This document shows positions 18,151-27,232 of a stretch of DNA of 64,000 nt, piece by piece. The position numbers and the translations under genes were made by a program. The first letter of the stretch is position 1; each line of letters begins with the position of its first letter. Source of the DNA: Eubacteriales bacterium (GTDB taxonomy: Bacteria; Bacillota; Clostridia; Oscillospirales; SIG627); the NCBI GenBank assembly GCA_045660745.1, contig JAZREJ010000039.1, positions 515-64,514 of the forward strand. Direction: 5' to 3'. Below the pieces are notes generated by a model, which did not search any database, was not told the DNA's origin, and worked only from the letters and a program-made list of their open reading frames with translations.

Positions 18151-19512
18151 TTATAATGTAAATATACCGAAGGCACTGAGTACAGACGAAATAAGTATGA
18201 TAAGAATGAACACGGGTGCAATATACTTTATCATAACGTTGAAAAGCTTTTTACCTGCAAATTTTCCGTTGAGTTCAACCTCATCACAAACCCATTTCGG
18301 CTTGACGATAAAGCCTACGCAAACACAAGTGAAGAATGCCGCAACAGGCATCATAATGCTATTTGAAATGAAATCGAAGAAATCGAGCATCTGCATACCA
18401 AGCAAGGTAAATGTATCGAAAAGGCTGTATCCGAGAGAAGAAATTGCTCCGAGTACTATCGAGAAAACAAATACGAGAAGGCTCGCCTTCTTTCTGGAAA
18501 GCTTGGTCTTATCCTGAATTACCGACACCACTGTTTCCATGAGGGAAATGGACGAAGTAAGGGCGGCAAAGAAGACCATCAGGAAGAATGCAAATCCTAT
18601 AATGCTTCCACCTGTCATTCCGCCGAAGATCTTGGGAAGCACGTCAAACATGAGTCCGGGACCCTTTGATGACATGATCGCCTCATTACCGTTTGCATAC
18701 GAGAAGACAGCGGGAATGATCATAAGTCCCGCGAGGAATGCAACAACTGTGTCAAAAACCTCTATTTGACGGGTTGATTTTTCAATTGAAATATCCTTCT
18801 TCATGTAAGAGCCGAAGGTTATCATAATACCCATTGCAAGTGACATGGAATAGAAGAGCTGTCCCATAGCGGCAACTACAGTTTTAACAGAAAACTTTGA
18901 AAAGTCAGGCTTGAGATAATAAACAACTCCGTCCCATGAACGATCCATTGTAGCGATAGAGTATATTGAGATACCAAGTATGAGCACGATAAGTACAGGC
19001 ATCATGAATTTACTTACCTTTTCAATGCCCTTCTGTACTCCCAAAAGAACTATAACAGCAGTTATTGCAACAAACACAAAAAACCAAGCAAGAGGCTCGG
19101 CGGTGCTTCCTATAAAGCCGCCAAAAAAGTTTTCTCCCGCCATAGCTCTGCCGTCACCAACAACATACCCCGCCATGTACTTTGTGACCCAACCGCCTAT
19201 AACCGAATAATACGGAAGAATTATTGCCGGAATAAGTGCTGATATCCATCCAACAAAAGTAAATCTTTTGTCAAGCTTGCGATAAGCCTCAATCGGGCTC
19301 ATACCGGTCTTACGTCCGATTGCCACCTCTGCTATCATGAGAGCAAATCCGAAGGTTACAGCAAGCAGTATGTAAACAAGCAAAAATATACCTCCGCCAT
19401 ACTGAGCGGCAAGATAAGGAAATCTCCATATATTACCAAGTCCTACCGCAGAGCCGGCTGCAGCAAGCACAAATCCTATTTTACCTGTAAATGAGCTTCT
19501 TTTAGAATCCAT
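18151..19512 (-). CDS. sodium-dependent transporter, neurotransmitter:sodium symporter (NSS/SNF) family
   Basis: The NSS signature AAGSAVGLGNIWRFPYLAAQYGGG is present, with about 11-12 hydrophobic segments. Confidence 0.92.
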   Translation of the reverse strand: MDSKRSSFTGKIGFVLAAAGSAVGLGNIWRFPYLAAQYGGGIFLLVYILLAVTFGFALMIAEVAIGRKTGMSPIEAYRKLDKRFTFVGWISALIPAIILPYYSVIGGWVTKYMAGYVVGDGRAMAGENFFGGFIGSTAEPLAWFFVFVAITAVIVLLGVQKGIEKVSKFMMPVLIVLILGISIYSIATMDRSWDGVVYYLKPDFSKFSVKTVVAAMGQLFYSMSLAMGIMITFGSYMKKDISIEKSTRQIEVFDTVVAFLAGLMIIPAVFSYANGNEAIMSSKGPGLMFDVLPKIFGGMTGGSIIGFAFFLMVFFAALTSSISLMETVVSVIQDKTKLSRKKASLLVFVFSIVLGAISSLGYSLFDTFTLLGMQMLDFFDFISNSIMMPVAAFFTCVCVGFIVKPKWVCDEVELNGKFAGKKLFNVMIKYIAPVFILIILISSVLSAFGIFTL

Positions 19513-19699
19513 TATATTCTCCTTTCTCGAATTGAAATATCAAAATCTTATATATTATGCCATAAAAGCACAAAAATTTCAAGTACTTTAAAAAATAATA
19601 TAAATTAAAATGCTTATTTTCTAAAATTTAGTATTGATTTTTTAATCAACATGAAATAAAATAAATTAAACCATTCACTGAAGCATTAAGGAGTAAAGC

Positions 19700-20881
19700 A
19701 TGAAGTCGTTTGAGCAATTTTGTATTGACCTAAACATTAAGCAAGAAGAAAAGCTACGCGCACATTACGAAAAAGGTGTTGCGCTTTATCTTGAAAAGGG
19801 CAACTTCGCATTTGACCGCGACAGAATAATACTTTTTAATCATAAATACAACATATTCCCGAATTGGCTATCCGATGTGCTTGCGGCGGCAATTGAAGTG
19901 GAAAAGGACGAGGATCTTAAGGTTTTCGTTTATATGCTTGCAGAGTTTCTTGACTCACGCGACGACCTTACGCTTCTTGAAATGCCAAACCGTGAAAGCC
20001 TTACAACCGACTATGCGCCTATGTTTTCATTCCTCTATTTTCTTGAAGAGATGATAGAGGATATGACTCGTCGGGAGATTCCGTTTGAGGTTATCTGCAC
20101 GACTCTTCAAGGCTTTGACACCGAGATACACGACTACTACAGGCTATACGGAAGAGGCGGCGTGAGAATATATTACGCATGGTTTGCCCTCTTTATAAGA
20201 CGTGAGCTTCTCCGAGTCGGACGCTTCCAGTTCAACATTACAAAGCTTGACCACCCTGTCAGAGTTTATGAGAAGGACGGGGACGTAAAGATACTTGCAG
20301 ACAACGTTGACTTGCACGTAAACGGAATGGTATTCGGCTCTGCGGGTCAGGACGACGAAGAAGGGCGTTACCACGCAGATATCGAAGAGGGTGACGGATT
20401 TGTGAGAGGATACGCCGCAAACGAGCTTGGTGAATTCACCCCTGAAAAAGTCACTCTTACAGGCTACACCGAGAGAATAAGACAGGGAGACGACATTATA
20501 GGTGTTCATATTCCCTCCGACGGTCCTCTTGACTATGAGTACAGCGAGGAATCCTACAAGAATGCTTGGGAGGTATTCAACCACGCCTTCCCGGAAAAGA
20601 ATTTCAAGGCGTTCAACTGCTTCTCATGGCTTCTTGAAAAGAGACTACGAGGAATTATGGGACGTGACACAAACATAACACGCTTTGCGGATAAATACGC
20701 AGCATATCCCATAAAATCAAAGGGGACTGCGATATACTCATTCTTGTTCAACCAACCCAAACCCTGCGCCCCCGAGCTTCTCCCCGAGGAATCATCCATG
20801 CACAGACTTGTAAAAAAATATCTTATGGAGGGTAATTTCTTTCACGAGAAGGGTGGATTCATCCTTCCTGAAAAGATTTGA
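19700..20881 (+). CDS. acyltransferase-domain protein (as I recall, Pfam NAT_N / GNAT-like C-terminal domain family)
   Basis: 393 aa. The blocks RVGRFQF, IGVHIPSDGPL and FNCFSWLL align with RLGRLQF, IDVHIPEGEPL and FTCHSWLL in the C-terminal half of ORF 56911..58587. The family name is from memory. Confidence 0.6.
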   Translation: MKSFEQFCIDLNIKQEEKLRAHYEKGVALYLEKGNFAFDRDRIILFNHKYNIFPNWLSDVLAAAIEVEKDEDLKVFVYMLAEFLDSRDDLTLLEMPNRESLTTDYAPMFSFLYFLEEMIEDMTRREIPFEVICTTLQGFDTEIHDYYRLYGRGGVRIYYAWFALFIRRELLRVGRFQFNITKLDHPVRVYEKDGDVKILADNVDLHVNGMVFGSAGQDDEEGRYHADIEEGDGFVRGYAANELGEFTPEKVTLTGYTERIRQGDDIIGVHIPSDGPLDYEYSEESYKNAWEVFNHAFPEKNFKAFNCFSWLLEKRLRGIMGRDTNITRFADKYAAYPIKSKGTAIYSFLFNQPKPCAPELLPEESSMHRLVKKYLMEGNFFHEKGGFILPEKI

Positions 20882-20886
20882 ACTTT

Positions 20887-22206
20887 ATGAAAGCAGCATT
20901 TTACGAAAGCGATATAACTCCGCCTCTCGGTGCTTACATGGCGGGCGAACACTATCCGATTTTCGCACACGATATCCATGACAAGATATTTGCAAAATCT
21001 CTTGTTATTGAGCAAGACGGAGAATACGCCGTCATCATTGCCGTTGACGTGTGCGAATTTCCAAACGGTCTTTACGAAAAAGCAACTGAGAGAATCGAAG
21101 CATACACAGGCATTAAGCCTGAGCGTGTGTCGATAACGGCAACTCACGCACATTGCGGTGCACCTGTTACCGATTCCGAATACATCGGTTGTTATTCAGA
21201 CAAAATCTACACCGACATATTCAACAGGCTTGTCGCGGACTCGGCTATCCTCGCTTACAAGCGTCTTGCGGATGCCTCAGCCTCCTTCTCGGCGATAGAG
21301 ACTGACGTTGGAAACAGCCGTTGCTGGCTCTACGATGACGGAATATATAAAACGGGTCCTGCCGATTTGAAGCACGCGATCTGCCCCATTGCGGAAATTG
21401 ACCATGAGCTTACCTGTCTTTTCTTTGAGCGTGACGGCAAGAAAATAGGCGCTGTTATCAACTACCCCTGTCACCAGGACTCGGTTTACGGAGACCCGAA
21501 CGTACCGGGTGAAGGCTTGGGGGAATTCGCGGGGCATAGCGGAGATATGGCAAGTGTCATTTCAAAGCATTTAAAAGAAGAATACGGAAGCGATTTTGTT
21601 TCTCTTTTTCTCATAGGTCCGTCAGGCGACGTTGCACTCCGAGGACCGTTTCCCCTCGGCAAGCCGCCACGCAGAGGACATATTGAGTTTGGTACTGCCC
21701 TTGCGGAGTTTACAAAAAAGGCGGCTGAGAGCCTCATCCCGATTTCGGGCAAGCTTTCCGTTATATCGGAGGACGTTATTTGCAAAAAAAGAAAGCTTTC
21801 ACGGGAGCAATTCCATGCGGAAATGAAAAAGTGTCTTGGCGACACGCCTGAAGAAATGAAGCTTTTTGCGGTAAATCTTCTCTCGGCATACTATTTTTGT
21901 GACAGAGAAGACACAAAGCTTATGCGCATAAAAATAATTTCCATCGGTAACTTTGCGCTCTACGTATACCCCGGTGAAATCTTCTCGGTATACGGTCTTA
22001 ACACAAAACAGAATTCCCCCTTCAAATACAATATGGTTGCGGAAAATTCAAACTGTCTTGGAGGCTACCTTCCCGTTCCCGAAGCATTTGCCGAAAACTC
22101 AAATCTATATGAAGCAAAGCTCTCATACTGCAGCTTCGCCGTTCCCGAGACCGCAGACCTTCTCTACGAAAAAATGATGAATCTTGCAAAGGAAATTAAA
22201 AAATGA
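20887..22206 (+). CDS. neutral/alkaline ceramidase-like N-terminal-domain hydrolase
   Basis: MKAAFYESDITPPLGAYMAGE...KSLVIEQDGEYAVIIAVDV...ATHAHCGAP resembles the N-terminus of the bacterial ceramidase-like family. ATG 20887 is preferred over the TTG at 20878. It starts 5 nt after the preceding stop. Confidence 0.65.
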   Translation: MKAAFYESDITPPLGAYMAGEHYPIFAHDIHDKIFAKSLVIEQDGEYAVIIAVDVCEFPNGLYEKATERIEAYTGIKPERVSITATHAHCGAPVTDSEYIGCYSDKIYTDIFNRLVADSAILAYKRLADASASFSAIETDVGNSRCWLYDDGIYKTGPADLKHAICPIAEIDHELTCLFFERDGKKIGAVINYPCHQDSVYGDPNVPGEGLGEFAGHSGDMASVISKHLKEEYGSDFVSLFLIGPSGDVALRGPFPLGKPPRRGHIEFGTALAEFTKKAAESLIPISGKLSVISEDVICKKRKLSREQFHAEMKKCLGDTPEEMKLFAVNLLSAYYFCDREDTKLMRIKIISIGNFALYVYPGEIFSVYGLNTKQNSPFKYNMVAENSNCLGGYLPVPEAFAENSNLYEAKLSYCSFAVPETADLLYEKMMNLAKEIKK

Positions 22207-23141
22207 AATATTCGGAAGCACTGAGAAAAAACAGCTCAAAAATTCTTCTCGGCACAGCTTACTTCGGTGACACCATCAGTGAGGAGACCGCTTTTGAAAT
22301 AATGGACCTCTTTTATGAAATGGGAGGACGTCACATTGACACGGCGCGTCTTTATGCCGACGGACGCGCGGAGGAGGTAGTCGGACGCTGGCTCAAGAGC
22401 CGAGCGCACACGGATATGTTCATTTCCTCGAAGGGTGGCTACTATGACAGCGATGCGGGGGAAGCACCGAGGCTTGATGAAGCGAGCATCAGACTTGACC
22501 TTGAAAAATCCCTTACAGCCCTTGGAGTGAAAACACTTGACTACTACTGGCTTCACAGGGATGACGAGTCAAAGCCCGTTGGAGAAATAATCACCTACAT
22601 GAACAAATTCTTCAGGGAAGGAAAAATCAAACGCTTCGGAGCCTCTAACTGGACCGCAAAGAGAATCGACGAGGCAAACATCTGGGCGACGAGATACGGA
22701 CTTCACGGCTTTTCCTCAAGTCAGATACGCTTCAATCCCGCATTCTGCAAGGGTGAGAGAGGCGGACTTGTAGGAATGGACGAGACGGAATTTGCCTACT
22801 ATAAGGGAACGAAAATGCCTGTTATCGCATACTCTTCACAGGCTAAGGGCTTCTTCTCCAAGATGGCGGAAAAGGGTGAGAGTGCTCTGTCCGAAAAAGC
22901 GCGCACTCGATACCTCTGTGAAGAAAATTTAAGACGAGTTGAGGTTCTCAAGGCTCTTGCCAAAAAGTATAATTGCTCTGTTGCCTCGGTAATATGTGCT
23001 GCATTTTGCTCCTTTGATACCCCTGAGGTCTTCCCCATCATCGGAGGTAAAAACACAGATCAAGTCAAGGACTCACTCCTCGGTGCTGATATCACACTCG
23101 AAAAAGACGAGCTTCGCGAAATATTCAAGCTTGACATTTAA
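22203..23141 (+). CDS. aldo/keto reductase
   Basis: LLGTAYFG, HIDTARLYADGRAEEVVG, DYYWLHRDD and FGASNW are AKR hallmarks. The start overlaps the previous stop (ATGA). Confidence 0.88.
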   Translation: MKYSEALRKNSSKILLGTAYFGDTISEETAFEIMDLFYEMGGRHIDTARLYADGRAEEVVGRWLKSRAHTDMFISSKGGYYDSDAGEAPRLDEASIRLDLEKSLTALGVKTLDYYWLHRDDESKPVGEIITYMNKFFREGKIKRFGASNWTAKRIDEANIWATRYGLHGFSSSQIRFNPAFCKGERGGLVGMDETEFAYYKGTKMPVIAYSSQAKGFFSKMAEKGESALSEKARTRYLCEENLRRVEVLKALAKKYNCSVASVICAAFCSFDTPEVFPIIGGKNTDQVKDSLLGADITLEKDELREIFKLDI

Positions 23142-23147
23142 GCTCCT

Positions 23148-23183
23148 TCTCCCTCCCGATGCGGGAGGGAGATTTTTGTTTTA
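23148..23183 (+). terminator. rho-independent terminator
   Basis: TCTCCCTCCCG-ATG-CGGGAGGGAGA followed by TTTTTGTTTT. Confidence 0.85.
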
Positions 23184-23290
23184 GGTCCACAGTGTGCACG
23201 GGTAAGATTATCCCCACAATTTTATCCTCTTCTATTGACTTTTTTCGTCTAAAATATTAAACTATTATTATAACGTTATTAGGAGGCAAT

Positions 23291-24190
23291 ATGAAATTTT
23301 TACTTTTTTCAGACCTTCACTACGGCCCCGGGCTTTTCAAAACGCTTGAGTGGGAGGCACTTCACACCTTCCAAAGACGTGCTGAGGAAACGGGCTGTGA
23401 AATGATAATTCATGCAGGCGACTTCTGTCACAGACCTCTCGAATCTGAGGAATTCATAAAGGCATACAACAATTTCCACATTCCCTCCTATCACTGCCTT
23501 GGCAACCACGATATGGACGGAGCGGATATGACTGATACCGTGCGCCTTTACAATATGCCAAATGACTATTACTTCTTTGAGAAGGGAGGATACCGATTTA
23601 TCATTCTTAACACAAGCTATATCAAGGATGGTGACGACTTCATCAAGTATTCTCACGCAAATTACTTCCGTTATCCCGACCGCGACATGATGCCTCCCAT
23701 TGAAATCGAATGGCTTCGCGAGACAATCGACTCATCCTCCCTGCCCTGCATTCTCATAAGCCACGTTTCATTTGACCGTATAAACGGCATGAAAAACAGA
23801 CTTGAGGTGCTGGACATTATAGACAAGGCAAACGAGAAAAGACCGTACTCGGTGCTCATGTGCATAAACGGACACCATCACAGAGATTACCTGAGTATTA
23901 TGAGGGGCGTTATATACTACGACGTTATCAGTGCCTCTCAGGACTGGATAGGCCCACACAACGGATTCTCTAAGGAAGAGTGCGAAAAGGTTCTCAATTT
24001 AAAGCACACCATTGCTTTCAACGACCCGCTTCACGCAATAGTTACGCTTGAAGGAACTACCGTCACGGTTGAAGGAATGGAAAGCTCTTACTATCTTGGC
24101 GTTGACCATAAGCGTGTGGGACTTAGCCCATATGACGGAGCGGGAAGACCTCTCTCGCCCGCAGTTCAATCTTTTAAGGTAACAGTGTAA
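23291..24190 (+). CDS. calcineurin-like metallophosphoesterase
   Basis: Contains LLFSDLHYG, IHAGDF, CLGNHD and INGHHH. AGGAGG SD. A possible promoter is TTGACT (23235), 17 nt, TAAACT. Confidence 0.85.
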   Translation: MKFLLFSDLHYGPGLFKTLEWEALHTFQRRAEETGCEMIIHAGDFCHRPLESEEFIKAYNNFHIPSYHCLGNHDMDGADMTDTVRLYNMPNDYYFFEKGGYRFIILNTSYIKDGDDFIKYSHANYFRYPDRDMMPPIEIEWLRETIDSSSLPCILISHVSFDRINGMKNRLEVLDIIDKANEKRPYSVLMCINGHHHRDYLSIMRGVIYYDVISASQDWIGPHNGFSKEECEKVLNLKHTIAFNDPLHAIVTLEGTTVTVEGMESSYYLGVDHKRVGLSPYDGAGRPLSPAVQSFKVTV

Positions 24191-24940
24191 ATGAAAAAAA
24201 TTAAATCAAAAAATCCTCTTTTTAAATTCATCAAGTTGGGCATACGCTTCTTTTTTCAAAAGAATGAGGTTATCGGCCTTGACACCCTTCCAGACGAGCC
24301 TGTCGTATTTGTAGCAAATCACACGCAGATGAACGGACCTCTTGTTGCAGAATTCTATATCCCGAACAGATACACATGGTGTAATGCGGAAATGATGAGC
24401 ATACGCGAAGTACCCGCTTATTCCTACAAGGATTTTTGGTCCGAAAAGCCAAAATGGACACGTCCGTTTTATAAACTACTCTCGTATATAATTGCAATTC
24501 CGGCATCTTTCATTTTCACACATGCAAACACAATTCCCGTTTATCGAGACACGCGCATACTCACGACCTTTCGGTTGACGATTGAAACACTTTGCGACGA
24601 TATGAATGTGGTAATTTTTCCTGAGCATCACGTTAAGAACAACAATATCGTGTATGAATTCCAAAAGAATTTTGTCGACGTTGCAAGACTTTACTACAAA
24701 AAAACAAACAAGGAGCTTTTGTTCGTTCCTGTCTATATTGCTCCTGCTTTAAAAAAGTCTTATATCGGAAAGCCAATAAGATATTCGCACGATAACCCCC
24801 CCGACGAGGAAAGGTCTCGCATAGCCGATTACCTCTCAAGCGAGATTACAGAAACGGCGCGAGCGCTTCCTCTTCATACGGTAGTTCCGTACGAAAACAT
24901 TCCAAAAAAGGATTATCCGAAAAACAAGGAGAGCCAATGA
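24191..24940 (+). CDS. lysophospholipid (PlsC-like) acyltransferase family protein with atypical motif I
   Basis: FVANHTQMNGP occupies the place of the NHxxxxD motif (Gly where Asp is expected). FPEHH resembles the FPEG block. The ATG directly abuts the preceding TAA. Confidence 0.6.
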   Translation: MKKIKSKNPLFKFIKLGIRFFFQKNEVIGLDTLPDEPVVFVANHTQMNGPLVAEFYIPNRYTWCNAEMMSIREVPAYSYKDFWSEKPKWTRPFYKLLSYIIAIPASFIFTHANTIPVYRDTRILTTFRLTIETLCDDMNVVIFPEHHVKNNNIVYEFQKNFVDVARLYYKKTNKELLFVPVYIAPALKKSYIGKPIRYSHDNPPDEERSRIADYLSSEITETARALPLHTVVPYENIPKKDYPKNKESQ

Positions 24941-25611
24941 GAAAACCGACTGTTGATTATTCGGGATTCAGACCCTCAAAGCTGAATGACCCTCGCTTCT
25001 CACACCTGAAGCTTCTCGGCGGATGGATAGTATATTTTATTATGTACTTTTTGACAGAACAGCTGATACCGCTCGAACGATGTGTTGAGGTACATAGTTT
25101 TTTAGATGACATCATCCCATTTAACGAATACTTTTTGATAGCCTATGTAGGATGGTACTTCTTGATAATATGGTCACTTCTCTATTTTATGTTCTACAAC
25201 GTAGAAAATTTCAAGAGACTGCAAATCTTTATCATTGTAACACAGGTAGTCGCAACAATTATTTACATAGTGATACCAAGCTGTCAAAACCTTCGTCCCG
25301 AGGTGTTTCCGAGAGATAATTTTCTTACAGACTGCGTGAAGATACTTTATTCCGCCGATACAAACACAGGTGTATGCCCGTCACTTCACTGCGCTTATTC
25401 GATAGGTATCGCATCGGTGTGGCTCAAGGAGAAGGAGTCAAGCATATATACCCGCATATTCGTAGTTATATTCTGTACACTTGTATGCTTGTCAACAATG
25501 TTCGTCAAGCAGCATTCGGCTGTAGATTTTTTTGCAGCGATTCCCGTATGTATACTTGCCGAAATTATCGCTTGCGGCTCATGGTGGAAGAAAAAATTCA
25601 AAAAAGCATAA
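24937..25611 (+). CDS. PAP2-superfamily membrane protein (PAP2_C / sphingomyelin-synthase-like H-H-D type)
   Basis: About 6 TM segments. Has CPSLHC and VKQHSAVDF (SxH and HxxxD) but no KxxxxxxRP motif. The start overlaps the previous stop (ATGA). Confidence 0.7.
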   Translation: MRKPTVDYSGFRPSKLNDPRFSHLKLLGGWIVYFIMYFLTEQLIPLERCVEVHSFLDDIIPFNEYFLIAYVGWYFLIIWSLLYFMFYNVENFKRLQIFIIVTQVVATIIYIVIPSCQNLRPEVFPRDNFLTDCVKILYSADTNTGVCPSLHCAYSIGIASVWLKEKESSIYTRIFVVIFCTLVCLSTMFVKQHSAVDFFAAIPVCILAEIIACGSWWKKKFKKA

Positions 25612-25642
25612 TTTAACGCGTCCCGAGGGACGGCTTATTTCT

Positions 25643-27232
25643 TTATTTCAAAACATTTGAAACTATTCCGTATTCATTTGTAAGAATGGTATCGCAACCC
25701 ATTTCAAGAAACTGTTTTGCTTCCTCTTCCGTGTCTGCCCAGTAAACGTTACATATTATTCCATGTGCGTGGGCTTTGTCAATCATTTCTTTGTTGATAT
25801 GCGGCTTGAAAAATTGAACCTTTTGACAACCAAGCGCAATCGCACGGTCTACAATTTCAAATGGACGTGCGGGATCGTGTCCGACACAGACGGGAATGTC
25901 GGGTGCGTATTCCTTAAATTGGCGTATATTACTGTCACGGTCCAACATAAAGTAAACGTACCTTTCACAATCGTATTTACGTATAAGGGAAACTATCTCT
26001 TTAATTATATCTACAGGATATTCGTCCCAAGCGCTTTTTACGTGAATATTCATTATTACGTGACAAGCAAACTTCTTGAGGATTTCTTCAAAGGTTGGAA
26101 TCTTGAGTCCCTTGAACTTTTCTCCGTACTTGATTCCGAAATCGAGTGCACGAAGCTCGTCGAAGGAATGCTTGTATATTATACCCTCACCTGTAGAGAC
26201 TCGCTCGAGCACCCAATCGTGTGAGGAAACGATAGCTCCGTCGGTTGTAGGCCAAAGGTCGAATTCGATTTCTTCAACACCCATAGCGACAGCCGCGCCG
26301 AATGCGGGCATAGTGTTTTCCGGAAGGGTTGCAGAAAAGCCTCTGTGTGCACAGAGCCTTGGATAACCCATGACACTTTCGGGAATTGTTATTGCGCTTC
26401 CCGACGGACGGTACTTCCAAGGACGTCTTCCCTTTTCGATATATTCGTGATGAGCAGACGGGGGATTTCCGAAGCCTGCGGGCTTATAATACTTTTCGTG
26501 TGGGTCAAACTCGACCGTTTCCATACCTGTACGACTGTACATATCAAGTAAGATCTTGCCAGTCGGAGAAGCAACAAGGCTTGCACCTCCAACGGGAGAA
26601 TCCTCTCCCATTGATACAGATGACCTTACAACGTAGGCGTTAGTGTTATATGCAAGAAATGCGGACATCAACTCAAGGGATGAGTGAGTGTCGGTGCGCT
26701 GATGCGAACAGCCGACAATAATGTCAGGTGTGTATCTTGCGATATTTGCGAAATTCTCGTAAAAGTAAAAATCATAACAGGTGAGAAATGCATAACGGAT
26801 GCCATCCATTTCAACGATTGTAGGGGTTGTGTGCTCAAAGGAATATCCCGTTTCCTGATCGGGATTTGCCACCTCTCCGTTTGTCGGGTGCTCCTTAAAA
26901 TACAGTCCTCTTATTTCACCGTTTTTATCATACGCATACGTTGTATTGATATATTTTTCTCCACTCTTGTATCTGGCATTGACGAACACGTGTGCCGAGC
27001 AACGGCGGGCGGTTTCGGATGCCTTATCGAGAAGAGGCTTGTTGTACTTCTTTATACTCGCAAGTCTTTCTTCCGTGTTGTGTGCAAGACATGGGATGTC
27101 AGCCATTTCGGGTAGCACGATTAAGTCAAGCGACTTATCGCACTCATCAAGCATTTTCATCTCAAACTCAAAGCATTCGTCCGAGCGGGAATAATCTGTA
27201 TAATATGGTGGTTGAATTATTGCAGCTTTCAT
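25643..27232 (-). CDS. fusion protein: carbon-nitrogen hydrolase (nitrilase superfamily) N-domain plus glycerophosphodiester phosphodiesterase (GDPD) C-domain
   Basis: The N-domain has LIVLPEM (Glu), YFKEHP (Lys) and AFLTCYDFYF (Cys), the E-K-C triad. The C-domain has LCAHRGFSATLPENTMPAFGAAVAMGVEEIEFDLWPTTDGAIVSSHD. The start overlaps the GH2 stop (TAATG). Confidence 0.8.
   Translation of the reverse strand: MKAAIIQPPYYTDYSRSDECFEFEMKMLDECDKSLDLIVLPEMADIPCLAHNTEERLASIKKYNKPLLDKASETARRCSAHVFVNARYKSGEKYINTTYAYDKNGEIRGLYFKEHPTNGEVANPDQETGYSFEHTTPTIVEMDGIRYAFLTCYDFYFYENFANIARYTPDIIVGCSHQRTDTHSSLELMSAFLAYNTNAYVVRSSVSMGEDSPVGGASLVASPTGKILLDMYSRTGMETVEFDPHEKYYKPAGFGNPPSAHHEYIEKGRRPWKYRPSGSAITIPESVMGYPRLCAHRGFSATLPENTMPAFGAAVAMGVEEIEFDLWPTTDGAIVSSHDWVLERVSTGEGIIYKHSFDELRALDFGIKYGEKFKGLKIPTFEEILKKFACHVIMNIHVKSAWDEYPVDIIKEIVSLIRKYDCERYVYFMLDRDSNIRQFKEYAPDIPVCVGHDPARPFEIVDRAIALGCQKVQFFKPHINKEMIDKAHAHGIICNVYWADTEEEAKQFLEMGCDTILTNEYGIVSNVLK

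Noticed and set aside
19513-19699. Possible riboswitch in the 187-nt AT-rich region upstream of the NSS transporter
   Set aside because: The promoter-like elements lie within about 60 nt of the start codon, leaving too short a leader. Only a trivial TTGATT-TTTT-AATCAA palindrome is present and there is no terminator or antiterminator.
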